Source of the DNA: Coprothermobacterota bacterium
Lineage (GTDB): Bacteria > Coprothermobacterota > Coprothermobacteria > Coprothermobacterales > Coprothermobacteraceae
Reading direction: 5' to 3'
DNA: 64,000 bases
NCBI GenBank assembly: GCA_036679065.1
Contig: JAZIGN010000003.1
Coordinates: 512,001-576,000 of the forward strand
The notes beneath the pieces were generated by a model, which ran no database searches, was not told where the DNA came from, and saw only the letters and a list, made by a program, of their open reading frames with translations. Shown piece by piece: positions 46,924 to 56,044 of this stretch. Numbering within the stretch: the first letter of the stretch is position 1; each line of letters begins with the position of its first letter. Made by a program: the position numbers and the translations under genes.

Positions 46924-47949
46924 ATGTTAGCCATAAGGAAAGGTTCAGCTACGAAAGGTGTTGCCATGTACGAGATCGAGGAGCCTGAAGTACCAGAAGG
47001 TTGGGCTCTGGTTAAAGTCCTAAAAGCTTCAATATGCGGAACTGATGTTCATATTTACCAGTGGAATGAATGGTCACAAAAACGTATGAAGCCTCCTGTA
47101 ACCATAGGCCATGAGTTCGTTGGCAAAGTTTTGAAAGTAAACAAGGGGACAGGAAGAGTACAAGAGGGCGACATCGTTTCTGCTGAGTCACATGTGGTGT
47201 GCCACGTTTGTCGCATGTGCAGGCGAAACATGTATCACGCTTGCGAAAATACAAGAATCATAGGAGTTCACATGGACGGAGCTTTTGCCGAGTACATAGC
47301 CATACCTGAAGAGAACTTGGTCAAGCTGCCTGGCAGTGTTCCCTTGGAAGCTGGTTCGGTCTTGGAACCCTTTGGCAATGCGGTCCATACGGTGCAATCT
47401 GTGGATGTTAGAGGCAAAAGGGTTGTGGTTACGGGAGTTGGCCCCATTGGGGTCATGGCTATACCGGTGGCCAAAGCGCTGGGTGCGGTAGAGATTATTG
47501 CCACAGATCTTTCTGACTATAGGCTGAAGTTGGCTTCTGATGTGGGAGCAGATGTGGTTATTAATGTTAAGGAACAAGATCCCGTCCAGATTGTGCAGGA
47601 CCTGGGCGGCGCAGATGTGGTTTTAGAAATGAGTGGTAGCGAAAAGGCGCTTAATCAGGGTCTTGAAATGATTGTGCCGGGAGGAGAAATGGCGATCTTA
47701 GGTCTTCCCGACAACCGCGTTTCTCTGGATTTAGCGAATAACGTAGTTTCTAAGGGCATAACTATAAGAGGCATAACTGGGCGCAGACTATGGGAGACTT
47801 GGGACTTGGGCGTATCATTAGTTAGTAGCGGAAAAGTAGATTTGAAGAAGGTAATCACGCATCAATTCGACTTCAAAGATTATGAAGCGGCCTTTTCCGC
47901 TATGATGTCAGGTAATTCAGGTAAGGTGGTTCTAAACGTAAGTCAATAA
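46924..47949 (+). CDS. tdh: L-threonine 3-dehydrogenase
   Basis: ICGTDVHIYQWNEW, GHE, VSAESH, CHVCRMC...C, EPFGNAVHT, LEMSG, GITGRRLWETW, SGKVVL. Confidence 0.93.
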   Translation: MLAIRKGSATKGVAMYEIEEPEVPEGWALVKVLKASICGTDVHIYQWNEWSQKRMKPPVTIGHEFVGKVLKVNKGTGRVQEGDIVSAESHVVCHVCRMCRRNMYHACENTRIIGVHMDGAFAEYIAIPEENLVKLPGSVPLEAGSVLEPFGNAVHTVQSVDVRGKRVVVTGVGPIGVMAIPVAKALGAVEIIATDLSDYRLKLASDVGADVVINVKEQDPVQIVQDLGGADVVLEMSGSEKALNQGLEMIVPGGEMAILGLPDNRVSLDLANNVVSKGITIRGITGRRLWETWDLGVSLVSSGKVDLKKVITHQFDFKDYEAAFSAMMSGNSGKVVLNVSQ

Positions 47950-48008
47950 ATCAGTAATAAGTATTAAGCTTTTGCAGCTGAGCAGACTTTGAATGATATA
48001 ATAAAGAA

Positions 48009-48320
48009 GTGGAAAGTGGTTTCCTTAATATTGGCTTTAGTTCGTACATTTCTGTAACAAAAATAATAGGCATTGTCAGTCCTGACTCTGCCCCGATAAG
48101 GCGGATGATAAGGCTCGCAAAAGAGCAAGGGCGGCTTGTGGATGCCACATTTGGGCGTAGAACCAGGGCTGCTATTTTGACAGAAGGTGGCTTTATCGTG
48201 CTATCTGCAGTGTTGCCTGATACCTTGGTGAGCCGCCTTGAGGAAGAAGAGGAAGAAAGAATAGAGCCCATCACTGAACAAGAAGCGGAACTACAAAAGG
48301 AATCAGGAGAGGACGTTTAA
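48009..48320 (+). CDS. remA: RemA/DUF370 family regulator
   Basis: LNIGF, IVSPDSAPIRR, LVDATFGRRTRA, LSAV.PDTL; conserved position before gmk. Confidence 0.9.
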   Translation: MESGFLNIGFSSYISVTKIIGIVSPDSAPIRRMIRLAKEQGRLVDATFGRRTRAAILTEGGFIVLSAVLPDTLVSRLEEEEEERIEPITEQEAELQKESGEDV

Positions 48321-48986
48321 GTGGGCGGTAGACTCATTGTCATCAGTGGTCCTTCCGGTGTTGGGAAGGGTACTGTGGTAAGTGAACTATTAAACAGGGA
48401 TAAGGAACTTGTGCTTTCCATCTCAGTGACCACGCGTAGCCGAAGACCCGGAGAAGTTGATGGTAAGGATTACTATTTTGTGGACTACTCCACGTTCAAG
48501 AAGATGGTTGCCACTGATCGATTGCTGGAATGGGCATATGTTCATGGTTCTTACTATGGCACGCCCAAAGATTTCGTTATGCAGCATTTGGAACAGGGCA
48601 AGAAGGTAATATTAGAAATCGATATGCAGGGAGCGATGCAGGTTCGGAGGAGGTTCCCAGATGCTATTTTAATATTTTTGTTGCCTCCTTCTTTGGATGA
48701 GCTTAAGCATCGTTTGATGAAAAGAGGCACTGAAGAAATGGACGAGCAGCAGCTTAGGCTGCTTCGTAGCTTGCAGGAGCTCGACTACCTCAGGGAATAC
48801 CATTTTTTTGTGGTCAACGTGGAAGTAAATCAAGCTGTGGAAAATATAATGAAGATCCTGTCTTTAGTGGATTTTGTTGTAACTGAGGACAGGGCACGCA
48901 CCATGGTGGAATCACTAAGAAAAGGAGGTATTTTTGATGAAGCAGGTGACATTAGAAGAGCTGGAGAGAATTACTGGACTCCCTAG
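48321..48986 (+). CDS. gmk: Guanylate kinase
   Basis: SGPSGVGKGT, SVTTR..RPGEVDGKDYYF, YYGT, LEID.QGA. Confidence 0.97.
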   Translation: MGGRLIVISGPSGVGKGTVVSELLNRDKELVLSISVTTRSRRPGEVDGKDYYFVDYSTFKKMVATDRLLEWAYVHGSYYGTPKDFVMQHLEQGKKVILEIDMQGAMQVRRRFPDAILIFLLPPSLDELKHRLMKRGTEEMDEQQLRLLRSLQELDYLREYHFFVVNVEVNQAVENIMKILSLVDFVVTEDRARTMVESLRKGGIFDEAGDIRRAGENYWTP

Positions 48987-49131
48987 ATATGCCGTGGTGG
49001 TGGCGGTAGGTTTGACAGCTAAGAAAATACAGAAAGAAGTATTATCTCATTCTCCTACCTATGAGGTTCCTGTGGAAAGAGCCATTCAAGACATAGCAGA
49101 AAGAAAGGTCACAGTTACACTGCGCATCTAG
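48937..49131 (+). CDS. rpoZ: RNA polymerase omega subunit
   Basis: RYAVVVAV...AKKIQ...PVERAIQDIA; lies between gmk and coaBC; RBS AGGAGG. Confidence 0.8.
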   Translation: MKQVTLEELERITGLPRYAVVVAVGLTAKKIQKEVLSHSPTYEVPVERAIQDIAERKVTVTLRI

Positions 49132-49141
49132 TGAGTTTTGT

Positions 49142-50365
49142 ATGTGGATCCCTGGCAGTATATTCCGCAGAAAAAACATTCTCTTGGGAGTAACTGGTTC
49201 CATTGCAGCTTTCAAAGCCTGTAGTTTAGCTTCTACTCTTTCTAAGTTTGATGCTCATGTGCGAACTATTCTGACTGCATCAGCTTTGCATTTTGTGGGG
49301 CCTACTAGTTTCGTTTCCCTTACCAACGACGCTGCTTACACTGATCAGGATTACTGGTCATCAAATATTCGCAGTTTGCACATTGAACTAGGGCGCTGGG
49401 CAGATGTGTTGGTTGTAGCTCCTGCCACGGCAAACACGTTGGCAAAAATTGCTAACGGTTTCGCTGATAATCTCTTGACTAGCACAGTACTGGGCTGTGA
49501 TAAACCATTGGTGTTGGTTCCTGCAATGAACGTGCGCATGTATGAAAACAAGATAACTCAAGAGAATCTAGATAAGCTCAGAAACTTGGGATGCGTTGTA
49601 GTAGAGCCTGAGGTTGGACACTTAGCTGATGGAGAAGTGGGTAAGGGGCGTTTTCCCGAGACAGAAACGATTTTGTTTCACATAGCTAGAACTGTGGTGC
49701 CACAAGATTTAAGTGGAAGAAACATAGTGGTCACTGCTGGACCTACTAGAGAGTACATTGATGAAGTAAGGTTCATATCAAATCCTTCCAGTGGAAAGAT
49801 GGGTTACGCTTTAGCGCAAGCTTTGGCACTCAGAGGTGCTGATGTTACTTTGCTAAGTGGCCCTGTAACCTTAGATGTACCTCAAGGTGTTCGTCTGCTG
49901 CAGTTTGAATCTGTTAGCGAGCTTATGCAGCTTATGGAACACTTCCTGCCGGAGGCGGACGCAGTTGTAATGGCAGCTGCAGTAGGTGACTTCACCACTG
50001 AGAGGAGAGAAGGTAAATTAAGACGACAAGGGGAACTAGCGTTGACTTTGAAAGCCACACCAGATGTTGTAGGTTCCTTTGCAGCGAAATACGCGAAGCC
50101 TGTTTACGTTGCTTTTGCAGCTGGAGTCGCCGATGTTATCAAAGATGCTGAGGAAAAGCTAAAACGTAAACACGTGGATGCCATATTTGCCAACCGTATT
50201 GACACTTCCCAGACGGGATTTGCTGTAGACACCAACAGTGGTTGGTTCATAAGCAAAGAAAGAGGTGTGGAAGAAGCACCTTTGCAGTCCAAAGTTGATT
50301 TGGCATGGTGGCTCAGTGAGAGAATTGTATGGCTGATAGAAGCAAAATCAGAAACTTCTCCATAA
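49142..50365 (+). CDS. coaBC: Phosphopantothenoylcysteine decarboxylase/ligase
   Basis: GVTGSIAAFK, HIEL, APATAN, PAMN, TAGPTREYID.VRFISNPSSGKMG. Confidence 0.96.
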   Translation: MWIPGSIFRRKNILLGVTGSIAAFKACSLASTLSKFDAHVRTILTASALHFVGPTSFVSLTNDAAYTDQDYWSSNIRSLHIELGRWADVLVVAPATANTLAKIANGFADNLLTSTVLGCDKPLVLVPAMNVRMYENKITQENLDKLRNLGCVVVEPEVGHLADGEVGKGRFPETETILFHIARTVVPQDLSGRNIVVTAGPTREYIDEVRFISNPSSGKMGYALAQALALRGADVTLLSGPVTLDVPQGVRLLQFESVSELMQLMEHFLPEADAVVMAAAVGDFTTERREGKLRRQGELALTLKATPDVVGSFAAKYAKPVYVAFAAGVADVIKDAEEKLKRKHVDAIFANRIDTSQTGFAVDTNSGWFISKERGVEEAPLQSKVDLAWWLSERIVWLIEAKSETSP

Positions 50366-52119
50366 TAGCGCACATTGACCACGGCAAGTCCACGTTAGCT
50401 GACCGTTTCTTGGAGCTTTCTGGGTTAGTGAGACGAGATAAACTACAGAAACAGATGCTTGATAGTATGGATTTGGAACGCGAACGTGGGATCACCATTA
50501 AAAGCCATCCAGTTAGATTGCATATTGGTGATTACGTGTTCAACCTCATAGATACGCCTGGGCATGTCGATTTTTCCTACGAAGTTTCTAGGTCCTTAGC
50601 TGCTTGTGAAGGTGCAATTCTTTTAGTAGATGCAACTCAGGGAGTGGAAGCACAAACAGTAGCACATGCTTACAAAGCCATGGAACACAACTTAGCCATT
50701 GTCCCCGTCATTAACAAAATCGATTTACCTTCTGCTGACGTGGAAGGTACTAAGAGAGCCATGTCCCAGCTTCTAGGAAAGGACGATATTGATCCAGTAT
50801 TGGTTTCAGCTAAAGAAGGAATTGGCATTGAAGAGCTTATCGATAGGCTCGTAAAGGAAATCCCTGCTCCGAATGGGGATGAAAATGCTCCTTTACAGGC
50901 TCTTGTGTTCGATTCCTTTTACGATACTTACAAAGGAGTAGTTTCCGTTGTTCGCATTTTCAATGGACAGGTTAGAGTAGGAGATCGCATCAGATTCTGG
51001 GCAAGCGGTTTGGAATCTGAAGTGACTGAGGTTGGTGTTTTTTCCTTGAAGATGGTGCCCACAGAGAGTTTAGAGGCAGGAGACGTGGGATATGTGGCTG
51101 CCAACATAAGAGACATCCGCGAAGTTCCGGTGGGAGATACAATGACCTCAGCGGTGAGACCTGCCGATGCTCCCATACCAGGCTTTTCTGCAATGAAACC
51201 CATGGTTTTTGCGTCTATTTATCCTACTGAGAACGAGGATTTTGAAAGACTTCGCGAGTCTTTGAAGAAGCTTCAGCTCAATGATGCAGCTTTGGTGTTT
51301 GAGCCGGAAAGTAGCGAAGCTTTTGGCCCAGGTTTTAGGTGTGGGTTCTTGGGGCTTCTTCATATGGACATCATTAGAGAAAGGCTTGAAAGAGAATTCG
51401 ATTTGGATCTCATATTAACCTCACCCAACGTGGAATATCATGTGTTAACACGGAGTGGTGAGTACATTGAGGTGCGCAATCCTTCGCAGTTCCCAGACTT
51501 TTCTGAAGTGGAGCTGGTGGAGGAGCCTTATGTGAGGGGGACCGTAGTAGTTCCATCAGAGTATGTGGGCTCTGTTATTCAACTTTGTGAGGGCAGACGT
51601 GGAAAAATGCTTCACATGGAGTACATATCGCAGCAGCGTGTTTTACTCGAGTACGATTTACCCTTTGCAGAAATCATAACTGATTTTTACGACCAACTAA
51701 AAAGTGTAACACGTGGATATGCGTCTTTCGACTATGAGCACATTGGTTTCAAGGAAGCCGATGTCGACAAAATAGAGGTTTTTATTAACGGTAAAAAACT
51801 AGATGCCCTTACGTTGCTCGCTCCGAAGAGTGAAGTACTAAGGGTTGCTAGGCAAGTAGCATCAAACTTGAAACATACCATACCAAAACAGCTGGTGGAA
51901 GTTGTAATTCAGGTAAAAGCAGGGGGCAGAATAGTTGCCCGTGAGACCATAAAACCCCTTCGTAAGGACGTTTTAGCAAAGTGCTACGGAGGAGATGTTA
52001 GTAGAAAGAAGAAACTTCTAGAAAAACAGAAGGCTGGAAAGAAGCGCATGAGACAGTTCAATCAGGTAGACATACCACAAGAAGCATTCTTGTCGGTGCT
52101 TAAGGCTGATACTGAGTAA
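50329..52119 (+). CDS. lepA: Elongation factor 4
   Basis: IIAHIDHGKSTLADR, RERGITIK, DTPGHVDF, GFRCGFLGLLH, KCYGGD.SRKKKLL. Confidence 0.98.
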   Translation: MADRSKIRNFSIIAHIDHGKSTLADRFLELSGLVRRDKLQKQMLDSMDLERERGITIKSHPVRLHIGDYVFNLIDTPGHVDFSYEVSRSLAACEGAILLVDATQGVEAQTVAHAYKAMEHNLAIVPVINKIDLPSADVEGTKRAMSQLLGKDDIDPVLVSAKEGIGIEELIDRLVKEIPAPNGDENAPLQALVFDSFYDTYKGVVSVVRIFNGQVRVGDRIRFWASGLESEVTEVGVFSLKMVPTESLEAGDVGYVAANIRDIREVPVGDTMTSAVRPADAPIPGFSAMKPMVFASIYPTENEDFERLRESLKKLQLNDAALVFEPESSEAFGPGFRCGFLGLLHMDIIRERLEREFDLDLILTSPNVEYHVLTRSGEYIEVRNPSQFPDFSEVELVEEPYVRGTVVVPSEYVGSVIQLCEGRRGKMLHMEYISQQRVLLEYDLPFAEIITDFYDQLKSVTRGYASFDYEHIGFKEADVDKIEVFINGKKLDALTLLAPKSEVLRVARQVASNLKHTIPKQLVEVVIQVKAGGRIVARETIKPLRKDVLAKCYGGDVSRKKKLLEKQKAGKKRMRQFNQVDIPQEAFLSVLKADTE

Positions 52120-53168
52120 TGAACAAAGGCCTCTATCTTCATATTCCTTTCTGCTACACAAAATGCCCATTCTGTGATTATTACAGTATTTCCAATGCTC
52201 CAGAAACGTGGCTGGACACATTCACTGATGTGATAGTTTATCAGCTTAGGCAACTCCCGACAAAGCTGGATACGCTTTATGTTGGTGGAGGAACGCCTTT
52301 GGCTTTAGGGCAGTCCAGGTGGGAAAGAATACTTCAGAACTTACCCGAAGCAGGGGAAAGGACCATCGAACTCAACCCAGAAGACGTGAAGAAGGACAAT
52401 TTTCCTTTGCTTGCGCACTTTACACGCCTTTCAGTGGGTGTGCAGTCTTTTTCTGACTCTGTACTTAAGACACTGGGGCGTGACAAGCTTGACTATGAAA
52501 AACTGCTGGATTTACTAAGTCATTGGGATGTAAGTGTGGATCTTATGGTGGGTGTACCAGGTCAAACCCGTGACGAGGTTTTGCGGGATTTGATTTCTGT
52601 GGTTGCACTTGGTGTACCGCATATTTCCGTATATCCTTTGGAAGTGCATGAGGGAACCCCATTTTGGGGGTATTACCGCGGGTGGGATTGGGACGATGCT
52701 GACTTGTTACTCATGGTGGAGAAATTCCTTACGGAGCACGGTTATGAACACTACGAGATTTCAAACTATGCCAGACCGGGGCACCAATGTCTTCACAACA
52801 AAATCTACTGGCACGACGAGGAGTACTACGCTTTAGGACCTTCGGCTGCAGGGTACGTAAATGGTGTAAGGTATAAATGGGTGTCAAATCTAAGGCTTTA
52901 TGTGGAAAGTGCTAAGCTGGGTGAACCCACATATGAAGAGTATGTGGCCTTATCTTGGGAAGAGCAGCTTTCAGAATATGCCATCATGAACCTAAGGCTT
53001 CTTAGTGAAGGTATCAGAAAAGAGGATGTGGAAAAACGTTTTGGTGAAAGGGCCTGGGGTATAATACTCAGCCAAGCTGAAGGTAACGCTTTTTTGAATA
53101 TAGAACCAGATAAAATCACAGTGAAGAACTGGCTTTTCTTTAATAGAGCTGCAGAAGCTTTTGTCTAG
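52119..53168 (+). CDS. hemW: Radical SAM heme chaperone HemW (HemN-like)
   Basis: YLHIPFCYTKCPFCDY, GGGTP, YEISNYA, HNKIYW; adjacent to lepA. Confidence 0.9.
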   Translation: MNKGLYLHIPFCYTKCPFCDYYSISNAPETWLDTFTDVIVYQLRQLPTKLDTLYVGGGTPLALGQSRWERILQNLPEAGERTIELNPEDVKKDNFPLLAHFTRLSVGVQSFSDSVLKTLGRDKLDYEKLLDLLSHWDVSVDLMVGVPGQTRDEVLRDLISVVALGVPHISVYPLEVHEGTPFWGYYRGWDWDDADLLLMVEKFLTEHGYEHYEISNYARPGHQCLHNKIYWHDEEYYALGPSAAGYVNGVRYKWVSNLRLYVESAKLGEPTYEEYVALSWEEQLSEYAIMNLRLLSEGIRKEDVEKRFGERAWGIILSQAEGNAFLNIEPDKITVKNWLFFNRAAEAFV

Positions 53169-53217
53169 CTATTCAAGCTAATTATTGCTGTATATGTTGC
53201 TGCACGGAAGATCCTTC

Positions 53218-54102
53218 TTACTTAATCAGCTCCGCACGTAAAAGAATTTCTTCCACTTTAGCTGGTTCGTCTGTTAGTAAGGGTGGTCTGCACGGAAGAT
53301 TTACAGGAAGTTGAAACCACTGCGCAGCAGCTTTAATAGCTCCCGCAAATGAGTTGCAACGGCTGTATACCATGCTGAAAACAGCAATTTGTTTGGCAAA
53401 CCCGGCGAAGGCTTCCATGTCTCCTTGCTCGTAAGCTCTCATGAGTGCTAAATAAACTGATGGAATTACGTTTGCACCGGCTACAATGCCGCCATCTCCC
53501 CCGAGTAGTAGATTCGTGGGCAAATAATGGTCAAAACCCACCAGCACCGAAAAAGAAGGGTACTTTTCCTTAATAGCAAGGATGTCCAGTAAATAGGTAA
53601 GGCTATCTCTGGTAACCTTTATGCCGGCTGCCAGGTTTTCTTTAGCGAGCTTTTCTACCAGACTGGGAGGCAAGGGGTTGCCAGTAGCACTTGGAATATC
53701 GTACAAAATTAAGGGTAGCCTACTTCCTTCTGCAATGGCTCTAAAGTGTTGATACAGGGCTTCTTCACCGAACGCACCGTAATATGGAGGAGCTGCAACT
53801 ACTGCATCAAAGTTCATTTCCTGAGCCATTTTTGCCAGTTTAACTGAATGTTCAGTACTGTTGCTGGTTACACCCGTAATCAAAGCACTTGAAGTGTCTT
53901 CCAACTCCTCTGCCGCCAACTTCATTATCTGTATTTGTTCGTCAGGAGACATGGAAAAGAACTCTGAAGTCGATGCGTTCACGAAAATACCATTCACTCC
54001 TTGGCTGAGAAGATATTGTATGTGGGCTCTCATACTCTGCAAATCCAGAGAGAAATCCTCATTAAATGAACTTACTAACGGCACTATGATGCCCCTCAAC
54101 AT
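53218..54102 (-). CDS. DapA/NanA-family class I aldolase
   Basis: GIIVPLVS.F, NASTSEF, PPYY, LYDIP..TG, GIKVT (Schiff-base Lys), GGDGGI...AN. Start 54102 after GGGAGGTG. Confidence 0.88.
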   Translation of the reverse strand: MLRGIIVPLVSSFNEDFSLDLQSMRAHIQYLLSQGVNGIFVNASTSEFFSMSPDEQIQIMKLAAEELEDTSSALITGVTSNSTEHSVKLAKMAQEMNFDAVVAAPPYYGAFGEEALYQHFRAIAEGSRLPLILYDIPSATGNPLPPSLVEKLAKENLAAGIKVTRDSLTYLLDILAIKEKYPSFSVLVGFDHYLPTNLLLGGDGGIVAGANVIPSVYLALMRAYEQGDMEAFAGFAKQIAVFSMVYSRCNSFAGAIKAAAQWFQLPVNLPCRPPLLTDEPAKVEEILLRAELIK

Positions 54103-54256
54103 ACTGATAAACACCTCCCTATCTTGTTTACATTTTAATACTGTTCTTTCTATATGCACTATGCACAGAGATATATGGAAAAGCCGCTATCAGGGAGCGA
54201 GAATTCGCTGCGAGCGGTGGCTTTGTTTGGTGCGGTCTTTTGTTATCATATGTGGT

Positions 54257-56041
54257 ATGAGCTATCATGTCTGTCCGCGAGACTGCTATGATTCCTGCGG
54301 CATGATTCTTCAAAACGGAAGATTAGTCGGTGACTCAAATCATCCTTTTACCTCGGGATTCACTTGCGGCAAAGCCGCTCTTAGTTTGAGGCAAGTAAGT
54401 TATCCGGAGAGGATTACAAAGGCGCTGGTAAGAACGAAGAAAGGGTTTGAAAAGATTTCCATCGATAAGGCTATAAGCATAGCAGCTGAGAAACTCTCTT
54501 CGAACAAAGTTTATCGAATTGACTATTCAGGACATATGGGCTTACTTTCAAGGTTTTTCCACCAGCGTCTGCTAAGAAGGCTGGGCGCACCTGAGCTGGT
54601 TTGGGACATTTGCTCCACTGCCGGCGATGTTGCTCTGATGGATGGTGTTGGTTCCATATGGGGTTGTGACATAGATGCTATAAAGGACAGTGATTTTGTG
54701 ATCATCTGGGGAGCCAATGTGGCGTACTCTTCCATTCATGCTTACACCTGGGCTAAACAGGCTGGTGAAGTCTTTGTCATCGATCCAGTCAAAACACCAA
54801 CAGCAGAATCATTTTTCCATGTTCCAGTAAACCCTGGAGGTGACGTAGCGTTATCACTTCAAATACTCAGAGAACTGGACGCTATGGGATACGAGGTACC
54901 TTTTTGTGTTGATGACTTTGGCAATTTGGAGCACATATCAGGTGTTAGTAGCGAAACGGCTCACTTGTTAGCTTCTAAGCTTGCGAATAGCAGTCGTCCA
55001 TTTGTTTTTATAGGCTATGGCTTTCAGCGGCAGTGGAACGGTGCCATGGCAGTGCGTCTTGTAGCTTCTATTCTCAGCGTAATTGATCAATCTGACCGCT
55101 TCTACTTTGATAGGCCTTATCATGGGATAGATGTTGATTATATAAGGCTTAAAGGTCAGGAACCAAGCAAAGAAACCCTAAACTGGACACTGTTAAGCAA
55201 GCAATTAAAAGATGTAACAGATGCCACATTTTTGGTTTTGAATGCCAATCCTGTAAACACGCTTCCAGGTCGTCGACAACTCGTAGAAACATTTCAAAAC
55301 AGCAGGAATACGGTCATAGTGCACGACATGTTTATGACAGAATCAGCTCAAGTAGCGGATGTAGTTTTGCCAGCGAAGCATTACTTGGAGTTTGAAGATC
55401 TGGTTGCTTCCTACGGTCATCGGTTCTTGGCGTTTAACGAAAAGGGTTTGGAGCCTCCTCCAGATGCTATGAGCAATATGGAGCTTGCAAGAGAATTGGC
55501 ACGTCAATTAAAGCTGGAGCAAAGTGAACTTTATGAAACTGACAGGGAAGTCATTAACGGTGCTTTGAGAAATCTGGGCATCGACTACGAATTTATGAAA
55601 GAGCACAAAATTTACAGACTCCCTGATCCAGCAAAACCAGGTCCGGTAAATTGGCCTGAAATTGCTCAGATCAGGCACTCTTTATATAAGCCAGCAGAGG
55701 GAAGCTATATGTTACTGACTCCAGTTGGCAGGTTAAGGATTCATAGTCAATACGCTAATGTGCTTCTGGAAGTGCCGCTACTGGAGATAAATCCTAAAGA
55801 TGCTCAAAAGTTGTCCATAAGCAACAAAGAACACGTTAACATTAAAAACAATAGGGGATCTCTTGATGTAGTGTGTAAAGTGACAGACAAAGTGCCACCT
55901 GGAGTTGTGCGTTTGGAGCATGGGTTCTGGGCTGATGCAGAGAAGCCAAATGTGAATGACTTAGTAGAACCTACTCTGCAGGAATATGGTGGGGGATCAC
56001 AGATTATGTGGACTTTTGTGAACATTGAGAAAGGAGAATAG
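54257..56041 (+). CDS. Single-subunit molybdopterin (Mo/W-bisPGD) oxidoreductase with N-terminal 4Fe-4S
   Basis: CPRDCYDSC...HPFTSGFTCGK, ICSTAG, IWGAN, IDP, ADVVLPA, HSQY, INPKDA. Start moved to ATG 54257 because the longer ORF overlaps the DapA-like gene. Confidence 0.9.
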   Translation: MSYHVCPRDCYDSCGMILQNGRLVGDSNHPFTSGFTCGKAALSLRQVSYPERITKALVRTKKGFEKISIDKAISIAAEKLSSNKVYRIDYSGHMGLLSRFFHQRLLRRLGAPELVWDICSTAGDVALMDGVGSIWGCDIDAIKDSDFVIIWGANVAYSSIHAYTWAKQAGEVFVIDPVKTPTAESFFHVPVNPGGDVALSLQILRELDAMGYEVPFCVDDFGNLEHISGVSSETAHLLASKLANSSRPFVFIGYGFQRQWNGAMAVRLVASILSVIDQSDRFYFDRPYHGIDVDYIRLKGQEPSKETLNWTLLSKQLKDVTDATFLVLNANPVNTLPGRRQLVETFQNSRNTVIVHDMFMTESAQVADVVLPAKHYLEFEDLVASYGHRFLAFNEKGLEPPPDAMSNMELARELARQLKLEQSELYETDREVINGALRNLGIDYEFMKEHKIYRLPDPAKPGPVNWPEIAQIRHSLYKPAEGSYMLLTPVGRLRIHSQYANVLLEVPLLEINPKDAQKLSISNKEHVNIKNNRGSLDVVCKVTDKVPPGVVRLEHGFWADAEKPNVNDLVEPTLQEYGGGSQIMWTFVNIEKGE

Positions 56042-56044
56042 GGC

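Noticed and set aside
53861..54256. 132-codon N-terminal extension of the molybdopterin oxidoreductase ORF
   Set aside because: It overlaps the DapA-like gene on the opposite strand. Family motifs begin at MSYHVCPRDC (54257), which has its own -10 box.
54103..54256. Lysine or Moco riboswitch between the DapA-like and Mo-enzyme genes
   Set aside because: No recognisable consensus, and the predicted promoters leave leaders too short.
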